A stretch of DNA of 64,000 nt from Phallusia mammillata (taxonomy: Eukaryota). The notes beneath the pieces are model-generated. The model did no database searches, was not told the DNA's origin, and saw only the letters and a list, made by a program, of their open reading frames with translations. Each line of letters starts with the position of its first letter. Within the stretch, counting starts at the first letter, position 1. The stretch is taken from NCBI GenBank assembly GCA_965637545.1, contig OZ281499.1, forward strand, positions 5,394,001-5,458,000, given 5' to 3'. The position numbers and the translations under genes are program-made. Below are positions 45,860-57,305 of the stretch, piece by piece.

Positions 45860-48641
45860 AAGCGCTTGCCGACTGCTGTAGGTAATTGGATTCTAGCGAG
45901 ATTGGATACATTCACGGACTTAAACTCGACAGAATCAGGCGCTGCTGATGATTTTTTCCTAAGTTTAAATGCCTGGATGTGATTTTATTAGGAAGTGGTA
46001 CTACCTGTGTTCAATTACTGCTTCGAACGTTTTGAGGTTACTAGCCTTATTGGAAACAAAAGTTGCATCATAATGTGTAGAACAGTAGGTAGACGATTTA
46101 AAACGAGAATTTGGACGAAACCCAAATACAACGCTAGTATACTGTCTACCTTGTAGTTATCTTTACAGTTGTTGTGCTACATCTACTATATTGTTATGTC
46201 AAACGACGCAGTAAAGTTAGGAGTGCAGATATCAGAAAAAATTAGTTTGCATTTACTTGTGAACTTAAAATCTATTTTGGGTATTTGCTTGTGGCATTTT
46301 GTAGTCTCTTTTTTTAAAATGGTTTATTTTTTAAATTAGAAGTAGTTTTGGTACCAATCTGCGAATGAACCGATTTTTCAGTTAAACCGTTGCTGTCCGA
46401 CAGACAGAGCTGGTTATTTTCCGCTTGTGTCGCTGAGGACCCTGACGTTTTTTTGACATTGGTTTGATGTTAGATCGTAGTGGTTGCAAATGCACGTGAA
46501 ACCGTGAAGCGGATTTGAATATAATATGGACAAAAACCCAAATTCCTCCCGATATGAGTTTCGATAACTTGTGTGTACTTATGTGTGAGTTGGACGACTG
46601 ACCAAATGCTCCATATAGTTTGTCTGCCACAAGTCCTAGTGGTTGCTTTACTAGCTCTCTCTAGTGGTCAAACAGAATAAATGTTATCCAAAGAAGGACA
46701 CATTTAGATACTTGCAGATTTTCATGTACTTTACAACCAGATTTTCATTTGGCTTGACAACTCCTAGTAGCGAACAAATTTATGCCTAAAATGAACCTAT
46801 TCCTCGGTGCTTACCCTCTAATTGGGTGAAATGATTAAGCAAGAAAGAAAATATTTTGGCAGCTTTATTTCTATGTTTGTGTTAAAGCGAGAGTGTTTTT
46901 TTTAATTGAGTTTGTAGATTTATTGTCTTCAGCTAATTAGCTAATACATCTGTTTTTACAAGGATATTGAAATTGCCAAATAGTTCCGGCAACATTTATT
47001 GGTGTTCGATTCTTCTTATCCATCACTGTTCGTTCGTGGTTTTAAATGTGACGTTGGACGGGAAATTGAGCTTAGGTATCGATTGACAAGACAGTGGAAA
47101 TATAAAGACACGCAATTACATACATGCAGTATACTGTTACTTGTATGCAAGTCATTCGCCTCCCTCGGGGTGTAAAACTTACGGATGTTGTCGTATGTGG
47201 AGTATAATGTCAAACTTATTGACAGTGTTTAGCAAAAGAGTGAGTGATGGACTCTTGTTGTAGTTTGAATACTTTGCAAGTTCTGAAACTTTAGACAAGT
47301 TATTGTATATTTCTGTGTGCAGTATAAAAATCTTAAACGCCTTTTTATGCTTTTAGTTTAAATGGCAAACGTATTAGCTTACAACGTTGAAATGTATATG
47401 TCCGATCTTATTTATCACCCAAAACAGTCCTAACAGAAGTTGCAAACTAACTTATTTGACAATTCCTTGTGTTTTTACCCTGCAAAGTGTGCCGCAAACT
47501 CAAAAAAGGTTGACAATCACTGCGCATACAAAAATTTGATCTTGTGTTTTGTAGGGTGGAGAATAACCTACAGCGAGATTATTTTATGTATTGTATTCAA
47601 ATGGCTTGGTAAAGGCTTGGAAATGTGCTTTCTGTTTTTCATGTTTTAACCTTTAGGGCAGGTTGAAAATTTCGGGTTGTCAGAGGTCGTTAGGAACGCG
47701 GTTGTTTACGGTTGTTTAATGAACCAAATGACGAACAACTGAGTCAGTAATGCTTGGTGCAGACATAAATGTTTAAAAAATTCTAGTGAAAAAAATGTTA
47801 AAAAATGTTGCTCTCCTTGTAAACAGAAATTTGGTGGTTGTGTTCATTCCAGGTACTGGCCACTGTCCTTTTTGAATGGCTTTTTTAACGTAACATAAGA
47901 ATGCAGTATAAGACTTTTGGTTGCCTGATATACGTGATTGTTGGTGTTCATATTTTCAAAAATGCAAAGGCTTTGTAACGTTTAGTTGCAATAATCGTGC
48001 ATTGTAACATTCCTTTTTGTCGCTTGAACGTTTCCTGCTAGCCTGCGTTCTTTACGAAAATTCAATAATTATTTCTACGAATTGTCAATAATTGTGCGGT
48101 CAGATGATTGTTTGCGGGCAACTAAAAATCGATAATAGATCAAATTTATGGGTTTTCTCTCGTCAGGAAAACATAAATAACCTTTTTATATGTTTTGACA
48201 AGTTATCATGTATGTCAAAGTGTGTGAAGGCTTGATGTCAATGTCATCTTATCTTTACACCAAAAACAAAAAACTTATGTCTACATTTAAATAAAATATA
48301 TATTCTGGTCGTTAATTTTCAATACTCGATCTTAACTTTTGACACATTGTAAAATTGAGGGGCTGTTTAACAATTTCCCGATTTGATGGTTATTTAGTGG
48401 AAAAGTGTCGTTTTATTTTTCTGTCACTACTAACGAAATAATCTCAACTCAAACTCAACTTAAATCGCAACAAACTGCGTCAACATTTTGTTTATAAACG
48501 AGATATATCCACTGTCCTGTAAGCTTATCCTCCTGTTGTATTTCCTCATAAAGGGACGAGGAAGTTAAACTACTTCTGTAGTATTTCTTTAGTTCTTTTT
48601 TACCTTTAAGTGTTGAAATGGTTTGTACTTATTCAAATACT

Positions 48642-48777
48642 AAGTTTGTAGAGCTCTTCTGGCAAATGTAATTTTATTCCGACGAAGACAACCTGTTGAA
48701 AACGTCGGAATAAAATTACATTTGCCAGAAGAGCTCTACAAACTTGATATTATGCCTGGCAGCAATAGCTTATATAT
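48642..48777 (+). mobile_element. Fold-back mini-element with perfect 43-bp inverted repeat (Penelope-like derivative?)
   Basis: Arms 48642-48684 / 48703-48745, 18-nt loop, 13-bp flanking direct repeat TTATTCAAATACT. Confidence 0.75.
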
Positions 48778-49751
48778 TTATTCAAATACTTTTTGCTCCT
48801 ATTTTTTGTGTCTAATTATGTGGTATGTTTGACAAGCTGTTCCACTGTATGGTGGTTGGGTGCAGATGTCGTATGATATTATATTTACAACTTTAGTTTT
48901 GGAAATAGCTCACAAATATGTTTAAAACAGTTGGAAAAAGGAAAATGGAAACTTTATGTAGAAACTGATCTCACATCTTGTTAAAGCAACGTTTCAGCTA
49001 ATTTTAACACCGAGCGCATCCACAACATTCAATTTATCCTTAAATAGGTGACATCGTGGTCAATAAAGTGGGAATTATGCTGAAAAATATTGACAGGTCG
49101 CTGTGAATCATGGTACACTAACACGTTTTGTGACAAGCAGTTCTAATTCAACAACCAATTACGTCCGTTTATACAAAGTTGCTTCTTATAGCTCACCCTT
49201 AATAGGATCGATGTTTCTGATGTGACTTGTAAAGTGTTTTTTAAACAGCTGTTTTGCAGTTTGGTAAAAGTTTTTTTAGAAAATTAGTACAATATTGTTC
49301 TTACTTTTAAAAAGTGTATACAGCTGTTGTGCATGTCTTTTTATATTCTAATTTGAACCACTTTTTACTGTAAAGAATGTTAACGGGTGAGTATATTTTT
49401 GGCCACGACTTTTATTTCATTATTAACGTTAAAAACGTAATTTAAACTTAAAAAACAGTATTTTTTGTAGTTTTTTTAAGTCACTCTTCAATTAAACAAG
49501 TTTGCTAACCACTCTATGATGTTTCTACTCATTAAAGGCGTTCAAACTTTACATATTCTTCTGTTGTGGAAGTCAAACTACGTTTGTTGTTGTTGTTATA
49601 AGTGTCGCAATGTTAAAATGTAATTTTAATGAATTATTGTCTTATATATATTTCTCCGCGAAGATTACTCTGTCGTTATTAGACAATCTCGGAGCCCTAA
49701 GGATTACTGCTATGTTAAAGTGATAATTTGAGTGATGTTGATAGATTAAAA

Positions 49752-49949
49752 CATTAGTTCTCAAACTGTGCGTCGTTTAAATTTTCCTAGGGCGTCGCAG
49801 AATAGTTTCGTTTCGTGGATCTTTGTTGTTGTATCAATAATCACAACTTTAATAATAAGTTTCCTCATTAACTTTTATTTGCTGGTGCGTCGCATGTTCA
49901 GAAAACTTTTCCAGGGGCGTCGCAATAAACAAAAGTTTGAGAACCACTG
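49752..49949. mobile_element. hAT MITE with internal GCGTCGCA repeats
   Basis: Ends CATTAGTTCTCAAACT / AGTTTGAGAACCACTG; flanks GATTAAAA / GCTTAAAA. Confidence 0.75.
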
Positions 49950-50280
49950 GCTTAAAAGTATCTGCAGACTCTCTTACACTAACCCACCAACCAACTAATA
50001 AAAACCAATTAGTTTTTAGCGTTCACCGCCAGTGGGTCGGTGCATTGTATTCAAATTGCGGGTAGATAAATGGACTAAGCTTGTTAGCTTCGGGTATTAA
50101 TCAAATTGTTTCGCACTCCAGAGTTTTGTAACCAGGGAACGCAACGGTTATTCAGCGTGATTAATTTTCAATCGACCGCTACATTATAAACGTCGATCGT
50201 TTTTTTCTTGATTGGTGCTTTTCATGTTGATTGCCATTTATTACGCGGTGATGGATTTGTTTCGTATAATCCGTGAACGA

Positions 50281-50308
50281 AGTGGTCACTGCAGAGTGGT
50301 CACTGCAG
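50281..50308 (+). repeat. 14-bp perfect tandem duplication
   Basis: agtggtcactgcag x2. Confidence 0.9.
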
Positions 50309-50577
50309 AATAGCAACAGTGAAGCAGTTATACTTCTGATTCAGTTTACTATGGTTGTTGAAAGAAATGTGATGGTGTCTATTGGGTGAATATTTTTCTT
50401 TTAAGATTATTTATCTGAATTCGTGTTAGAATCCAGTATTGTTATTACGTGCATGAGACGGTTGGTCTTAAGTAGGCCTTGAATCCTATTTTATTGGGTT
50501 AAAGGACTTGTGGTCCCTAAAATGCACCACATGTTATTCGTTTGAGAAACGCTGGCTTGGAGACAAAGGTATTAGGG

Positions 50578-51524
50578 CAGTAGTTTCCAACCTTTTTCGA
50601 CAAATTCTTCTCTAATTTAATACATGTCAGATCCTAAACTATACGAAAATTATATAAAATACCGTAATTTTTCAAGTATAGTGCGCCCCCGTGCATAATA
50701 CGCACCCTAAAAATGGCATGTCGATGCTGGAAAAAAGCCTGTACCCATGTATAATACGCACCCAAATGTTTACTCTTAAATCCGTAAACGTAAAATTATT
50801 TCAGAAAAAAGATCATCTTTTGAAACAACCGGATGTTATTCTGCCGGTCAGTATCACTGCGCATGCGCTCGCAAACTCGATAGCGAAAAATGTTTAGGAT
50901 TTGTGTAGGGTACACCGTGACAGCAAACGAGATCTTACTGGTCGCGTTCAAGCGGAACCGATCTTAATACTTGCAGAGAACATTTTTATTTTTAAAACAC
51001 AAATGAAGTTTAATATGTATCAGATTAAAATACCTAAAAATCAGAATAATTAAATTCAAACTTATGTACAAAATTTTAGTTCGATCCGTTGCATATCGGC
51101 AGTGATATCACCCCATTTACGTTGTCGCTAAATGGACAGTGTGCAGTATTTGACAATAACACACCATCAAGGATTGCACCATCGCATCAAACGATGTGTC
51201 GTCAATTATGAGTTTTACTGACTAAGTGTGTTGGGCAGGATGGCTAAATGTGATGCGCGATTGACGACAAACAAGAAGAAAGGTCTGATTTCAAGTTTTA
51301 TTTCGAGGCAGATTTTCTTCAAAAATTGTTGTACCCATGCATAATGCGCACCCTAGATTTTAGGACAATAAATTAATTAAATTTTGCGCATTATACACGG
51401 AAAATTACGGTAGGGCCTTTTATTGCCTTCACAGGTTATATTCCCGGAGTTTATGTGTTTATTTACTAAGCTAAAGTAAATTCCTCTGCAAGTTTTAAAA
51501 TTTCTCCCCGGTTGGGAACCACTG
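50578..51524 (-). mobile_element. hAT MITE interrupted by a nested element; same family as 61513-61769
   Basis: Ends CAGTAGTTTCCAACC / GGTTGGGAACCACTG; termini match 61513-61769 in reverse orientation. Confidence 0.7.
50662..51410. mobile_element. Non-autonomous Tc1/mariner-superfamily (Tc2-like) element nested in a hAT MITE
   Basis: TA|CCGTAATTTT ... AAAATTACGG|TA termini with TA duplication; three subterminal ATAAT(A/G)CGCACCC repeats. Confidence 0.8.
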
Positions 51525-51818
51525 TTCAAAAGTATCTAAATTAAAACCTTTCGTATTTCCACTCTCTTGACAATTTTTGCGTGCAAAACTATTTGATGAC
51601 AAAACAGTTTATGACGTGAAAAACCGCAAGACGTTTCTGATTGTGTTGACAGAACATTCCAGAAGCTTGCTGATTGAGTCGCGATTCCAACCTTAGATCA
51701 GCGCGGTTCCGGTATTAGGGCGCATTTTCTGTGGTTTCGCCGTCTTTCGTCTTCCTAACTGGGTCTGTGTAAATAATTAAAGAATTCGGCTTGCAGTTCT
51801 AAGAAAAGTTCCATAGAG

Positions 51819-52035
51819 CAGTTGTCGGCAACCGCCGGACCACGGGGAGTTCGTTACCGGGCCGTGTAATTTTCAGGGTAAATGCTTTAAATAATTTTCC
51901 TCGTGCATCTCGGGGATGATAAACTGACTTAGGCGTTTTTATTGATCAATATTTGTAGTTTTTTGAAGGCCGTTCCATAATAAAATATCACTTTCAAAAG
52001 CGGTCCGCAGTGCACAAACAGGTTGCCGACCCCTG
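51819..52035. mobile_element. hAT MITE (GTCGGCAACC TIR)
   Basis: Ends CAGTTGTCGGCAACC / GGTTGCCGACCCCTG; flanks CCATAGAG / CTATGGAG. Confidence 0.7.
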
Positions 52036-53477
52036 CTATGGAGGGCTTGTAGAAACACTTGAAACTTTCGGTATTTCCGTAACGCCATCGTGTAGCTTGG
52101 TGTCGTGCTGAGGAAAATAGCTGCATGAATAATGAATGGCAAATATGATAGCGCGTCATCTCTCTGCTCCCCGCACTTATGTTTATTAAAACTTGTGACG
52201 CTACAACAGAAATACACGGGTAGAGCTGTGTTTGCTTGTCAAAAACTTTTTTTGCTTGAATGCTTTTCATTCAGTCAGCATAGCAAAGTCATGTACTGAG
52301 TTGAGTTGGGTTTGTGTAGCTTTAAAGAAGAAACGTATTTTTGACGAAAAAATTTACCAAGCCGGATAAAGCTCAGTGAGGGAACGTTGTGAAAAAGTGG
52401 AGGACACAATTTATGGTTGAATTCGCTGCAGTTACACCTTAATATTTATGAACATGATACAGGAAACTAGTTAAGGAAAACATAGTGGGCACTGGAGGAG
52501 ATAAAGACATGTCCTTTTCGACTTATGAAAGCATAAACTGTTGTTGTTGTAGCGTTTAGAACATGTACGAACATCACCCTGAACGAGTTTTTGGTATAAT
52601 TTGAACCGTTTTGTAACTTGCTTGGCTTCTGCAACAATCGTAACAACTTATTACATGACAAAAATGTTGGCAGTCGAAGTCATTATTGTTTTGACATAAG
52701 AAGTAAGTTAAGCCACCCTGATTCAGATTATAACTTATTATTTGTTTACTATTTGGGTCAGAATCTTTATTTTAAAGTCGTAGCAGAATTGTAAGCGATT
52801 TGAGCTTGACTTCATACTGACAATATTTGCGTTGTGATTTTACGTCAACACTGGTAAATCGAAGTTTCAGGCCAAATGTTCAAATTATCCAAATTCGTGT
52901 TTCAATTCGCACCCGTTTAACAATTCTTATAGTTGATCTCAAAATGTTAATGCAAACATTTTCTTCTTTTGTAACAACCATTGGACATAATTTCGGAATG
53001 TAATGTAATATTTCGCGTGACTTGTCCATGTTTTTCCTCTCGTTGCGATCAACAATGTTCTGTTGTCCTCTTACGGCCCCGGTTCGCCAAAGTGTTGATA
53101 GCGGAACTTGTACCACTTGGGAAAAGGTCCAAATGCTTTGTGTGATATGCGGACGAAACCGGACAAAGGCCTACAAAAATATTTTTGTTTCCCACTGGTT
53201 GCTTGTCGCGGAACGCAATTGTTGGTTTAACTTTGTTTCAAAAGGAAATATTACTTTTCCATGTTGCCGGACGATTTACCACTTTCATAAAATTGGTTTA
53301 TGCAGGAATTAGGCGATTTGGGTGAAATTTTATGGCATTTTCGAAGCATAGCAGTTTTTTGCACTAAAAAAAAACTAATTTAAAACAATTTCGTTTTTTT
53401 GAGGCAATTACTTCGATTCTTCGTCCAGTCCAGAGTAAAAATGTGGAATATGCCAGTCAAAGTATTAGGTAAATATC

Positions 53478-53511
53478 TGACTATTACATCTTTGTGACTA
53501 TTACATCTTTG
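53478..53511 (+). repeat. 17-bp perfect tandem duplication
   Basis: tgactattacatctttg x2. Confidence 0.9.
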
Positions 53512-54457
53512 AGCGAAAAGGCGTTAGCGGTCATATACAAAGAAGAAGTAGCATCCTACTTACGTAACCAACTTCCTAAAAGGCTCGGCCGCTGTCTGCT
53601 CTGTTGGTTTAGCAATGACATTGTCGTCGGTTGTGGATGTTTTCGCGTGTGGCCAACACAAACATGGCGCACATTACGTTCGCTGGCCACTTTTCTATGG
53701 AATTCACTTCAGGGAACTGACCGCAGGAATATAGCAGTAGTTGTGTATGCTTTGCACTACGGAAGTACTGAAAGTTAAATTTTATGATAAATACTTTCAA
53801 GAGCGACAGAATTAGTAAGTTTGAAATTAGATAAAGTATTTTGGCAAGAATAGTTCCTTATTCAAATAGAATTGTATCATCTGGTTTTGTGTGCAATAAA
53901 GACAATCTTCTCTGGTTTTACCGTGTTCATAAGTTGCTTTAGGATTTAAGTATAACTGACTGTGTGACCATATATGGATTGATCCACAACGTAAGTTTGT
54001 GAGTTCTGCAATGGAAATATTGGACACGGATAGTTAGGCAGGAACCCTGGACACGGACCACAAAAGCGGTTGCATTAGAAACGCAGTTTGCACTAGTGAC
54101 AACAAAAGCGGTCCTTGGAGCTATTGCAATCCATTGTAGTTCTGTTCTATTAGAATGAGTGAAAAGAAAGTACAATATTTATGGTGTTTTTGCGCGGTTA
54201 TATCATGTAAAGGTTAAATAGGCTCTTGTACCGAAATGATTTGTTTTATAATTCAGACATTCTGACAGAAACTTATTGTTAAGTTTTGGCAAAAACGTTT
54301 AAACATTTGTGTTGCTACAATAACATGTAATTGTTGAACTTATGCCTCAGGTTTAAAATATTTCGTTTGAATGTTATCTGTTGTCAGAGTCAAAGACGTG
54401 CTAACCTAATGTTCTCATTCGATATTTCCGGCAATTTAAAAACACGTTCCCTTGCAG

Positions 54458-54625
54458 GTCGGAATATCAGGCGTTATGTCAATATAGGAAAAAATTAAGA
54501 CTTTTAACTAACGTCAGTTTAAAAGAAAATGACGTGGTTTGAACACGGACTAGCAGCAACTTCAGCTCGACCATGAATTCTGAAACGGTGGAACTTGAGG
54601 CGATGGAAAATCGGATTAGCGAACG
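54458..54625 (+). CDS. Candidate first coding exon of an unidentified gene (ATG 54573; MNSETVELEAMENRISER..)
   Basis: CCCTTGCAG|G acceptor at 54457, in-frame upstream TGA at 54540, ACCATGA start context and a strong CG|GTAAGT phase-2 donor. No recognisable domain. Confidence 0.4.
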
Positions 54626-56190
54626 GTAAGTTTCCGATGCACGATATTAAGTAGATTTACAAGGGACTGGCATCTGTTGCGGTCTGATGCAAGGTGCTCT
54701 AAATTACGCCCATATTATTAATTATGCAAAATCTACGTCGTTTACAGGGCCCTGTGGTTATTTTCGTGTCAATAGGTATCACGTTTTTTTCGTGTGGATA
54801 AGGTTTGTTTAGTGTGATTGTGATTTAAACTCGTTATTCGAATCTTGGGACTTAATTACGAATATGTGTAAACTAAGTAAAAATTGGTGTAGATTTGTGG
54901 TTTCAATCGTGGTTGTCGCGAACATCGCCGAAGTGTAGGTTACACATACGATGCTATAGGTGTACTACGAAGCATAGTTTTCCAAATGTATTTTCTTGTA
55001 ACTGGCGCTGTTTTTAAAGGAATAAAATTGTTCGAGTTTATTTAAATATCTTTTTTATATGATTAACCGGAATTCTAATGATATACACTACAGTCTTGCT
55101 TTCCTTATGTAACAAACCAAAACTATTTTATTACATAAACAAAATTTGATTGATTACCAGAACAACCAAAACACATTAGAATGTGATAATTAGAGCTAGG
55201 TAAATCTGGTGAATAGTAATCTCATTATCTCTTCCGTTCCACCTGTGCTGCTGATTAATCGACCTTCTATATTTTCTATCTACATGTACTTAGCAGCCTG
55301 CAGCACTCCTGTCCGCGTTAAATAATTAATCCCGTGCATTCATTCACATGTGAATTATTCACGCGCTCACGGCATGATCTACCCGCTGACCCATCACGCG
55401 GGAATGTCATGATCACCCGGCCTGCCACATTCATGTCGTGAGTTAATCATCAAAAACTCGGTTGCTATCGCAAAATGTCAAGCCTGTTTGATGAAGTCCA
55501 ATGCACTCTACCCTAAATAAATAACAAAACAAAATGACATTGGTTCTTGGATCAATAGCTTGCGTTTAAGCTGGGTTGATAATCCCAAATGAAAGCAGTG
55601 TTTTCTAACTTGGCCGCTCGGACCATTGGCGGCGATATGATTTAGTTTTGCTTTTCTGTTTCATAGATGCCATGTTCTATGGATAACTTGTTTAAACTTA
55701 GAGCTGGGCTGCACAACCTGCGGCCGAAGACACTAGTTTATGCGGCTGTGAACAGGTATCATGTATATTAAAATATATGTACTAGCGGCCGTGACGAAAA
55801 TAAAACTCCTTTGTTAAATATTTACATTTCAAAACTGCTACAAACAGATTTTATGGGGCTGAAAGAACCTTTACCAACCTAGCAGTTGCGTCAGACTTTT
55901 TGTAAGCGCATCAAGTTGGAAGTTAATCTTGGCTTTTCGAGCGCCGTTAGATGATGCATGTGTAATAAACCTATTTATTATTATCTGTAATTTGGAAACA
56001 AAAGCAAGCAAGCATTTGGCGGCCTTTGGTGAAATAAGTATCTGCAATGCGACCGTCACAGCGAAAAGGCTGTGCACCCCTGTTCTGTGCACCAAGTCAA
56101 ATAAAAATTATTTGTCTCGCAAAACATATGTCACTACATGGGGAAATTTGAATTTTTGTTGTTGATTAAGTGTAGCGATTGATAAACCCT

Positions 56191-56298
56191 TAGTTTTTTT
56201 TCACGGGGTTCGAACCCATGACACTCTCGGGGACGATCAGGGTTTTTATGTCTGGATATGGGTCAGGCGCGCCGGACCATTTGGCCAAGTTCCTCCCC
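56191..56298 (-). mobile_element. Retroposed tRNA-like element (Leu/Ser-type D and variable arms) with A-tail
   Basis: Minus strand has A box TGGCCAAATGG, B box GGTTCGAACCC and an A9 tail; 10-bp TSD GATAAACCCT (56181-56190 / 56299-56308). Confidence 0.8.
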
Positions 56299-56997
56299 GA
56301 TAAACCCTATATTATGGGGATAAAAAGTTAAGCATCCTAAAACAGCTACATCTGGCGAGTAGATAGCGATTAGACTTGCCGCACGGTGTCCCTAGTGAGT
56401 CATCCAGGTTGAGCCCTGCATGTGACTTTCCTCCAAACCACGCCAGTTCATAATGATGCTTGCTGCGCAAATAACGTAGGTGGCACTCGGTCCTGTGTGG
56501 ATAAGCTATCGTGTTGTTTGCTCAAGGTTCGTTTGCATTTAATACCTAAACTTACACAATGGTTTGGCACCGGGTTTCGGCGAAACTTGATAAGGGTTTC
56601 ACGAAAATCATTCGCATTATTAAAAACAACAAAAATATGCTTGTAGAAGTAATTCGAGAACAAGGGCTTAAGGATCAACAAAGCAAGATAGTTTGTTTGA
56701 TAAGACGTAACAATCTTTACATTAGCCACGGTTTTTAAAAATCCATGATCTGTGTTTGTCAAGTTATTTTTACACATTTAACAGCAACCTATAGCGGTTT
56801 TTATGTAGTTTTGTAAAATTCGATATATTTGCAATCAACAAAATTAGATTTTGAAACAGCTTTAGGCGTTCATGTGGTTGTGGCTATATATGTTTTGCGT
56901 TTATTGCTATAATCTTAGACAGTCGAGTGTTTTTGAGAGTTTCCCACGTAGCACTGTATTAATGGTTATTGTCTGTTCAGTATCCAAAATACCAGAG

Positions 56998-57305
56998 CAG
57001 TGGTTCTTAACTCGTTTCAAGCCATCGACCACCAATTCAAATAAATGAATATCGTGGACCAGTCCATTGTTAAGTAAGGATAAAGAAAACATCCACAACA
57101 AGAATATGGGCTTGAAATATATTCTTTCCATAAATAATTTTAAGGGGTGATGTCAAACAATTGACAGCAAACAATTAATGGCCAATAACTTGGATAAGCT
57201 TTTTTTGCACCGAATATTCAATAAATTATATGCAACTTATTCCAGATAGACATCAAATATGATTATTGTCCAGTGGACCACCAAAAAAGTCAGTTGAGAA
57301 ACATG
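56998..57305. mobile_element. Degenerate hAT MITE
   Basis: Ends CAGTGGTTCTTAACT / AGTTGAGAAACATG; TSD not clean. Confidence 0.55.
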
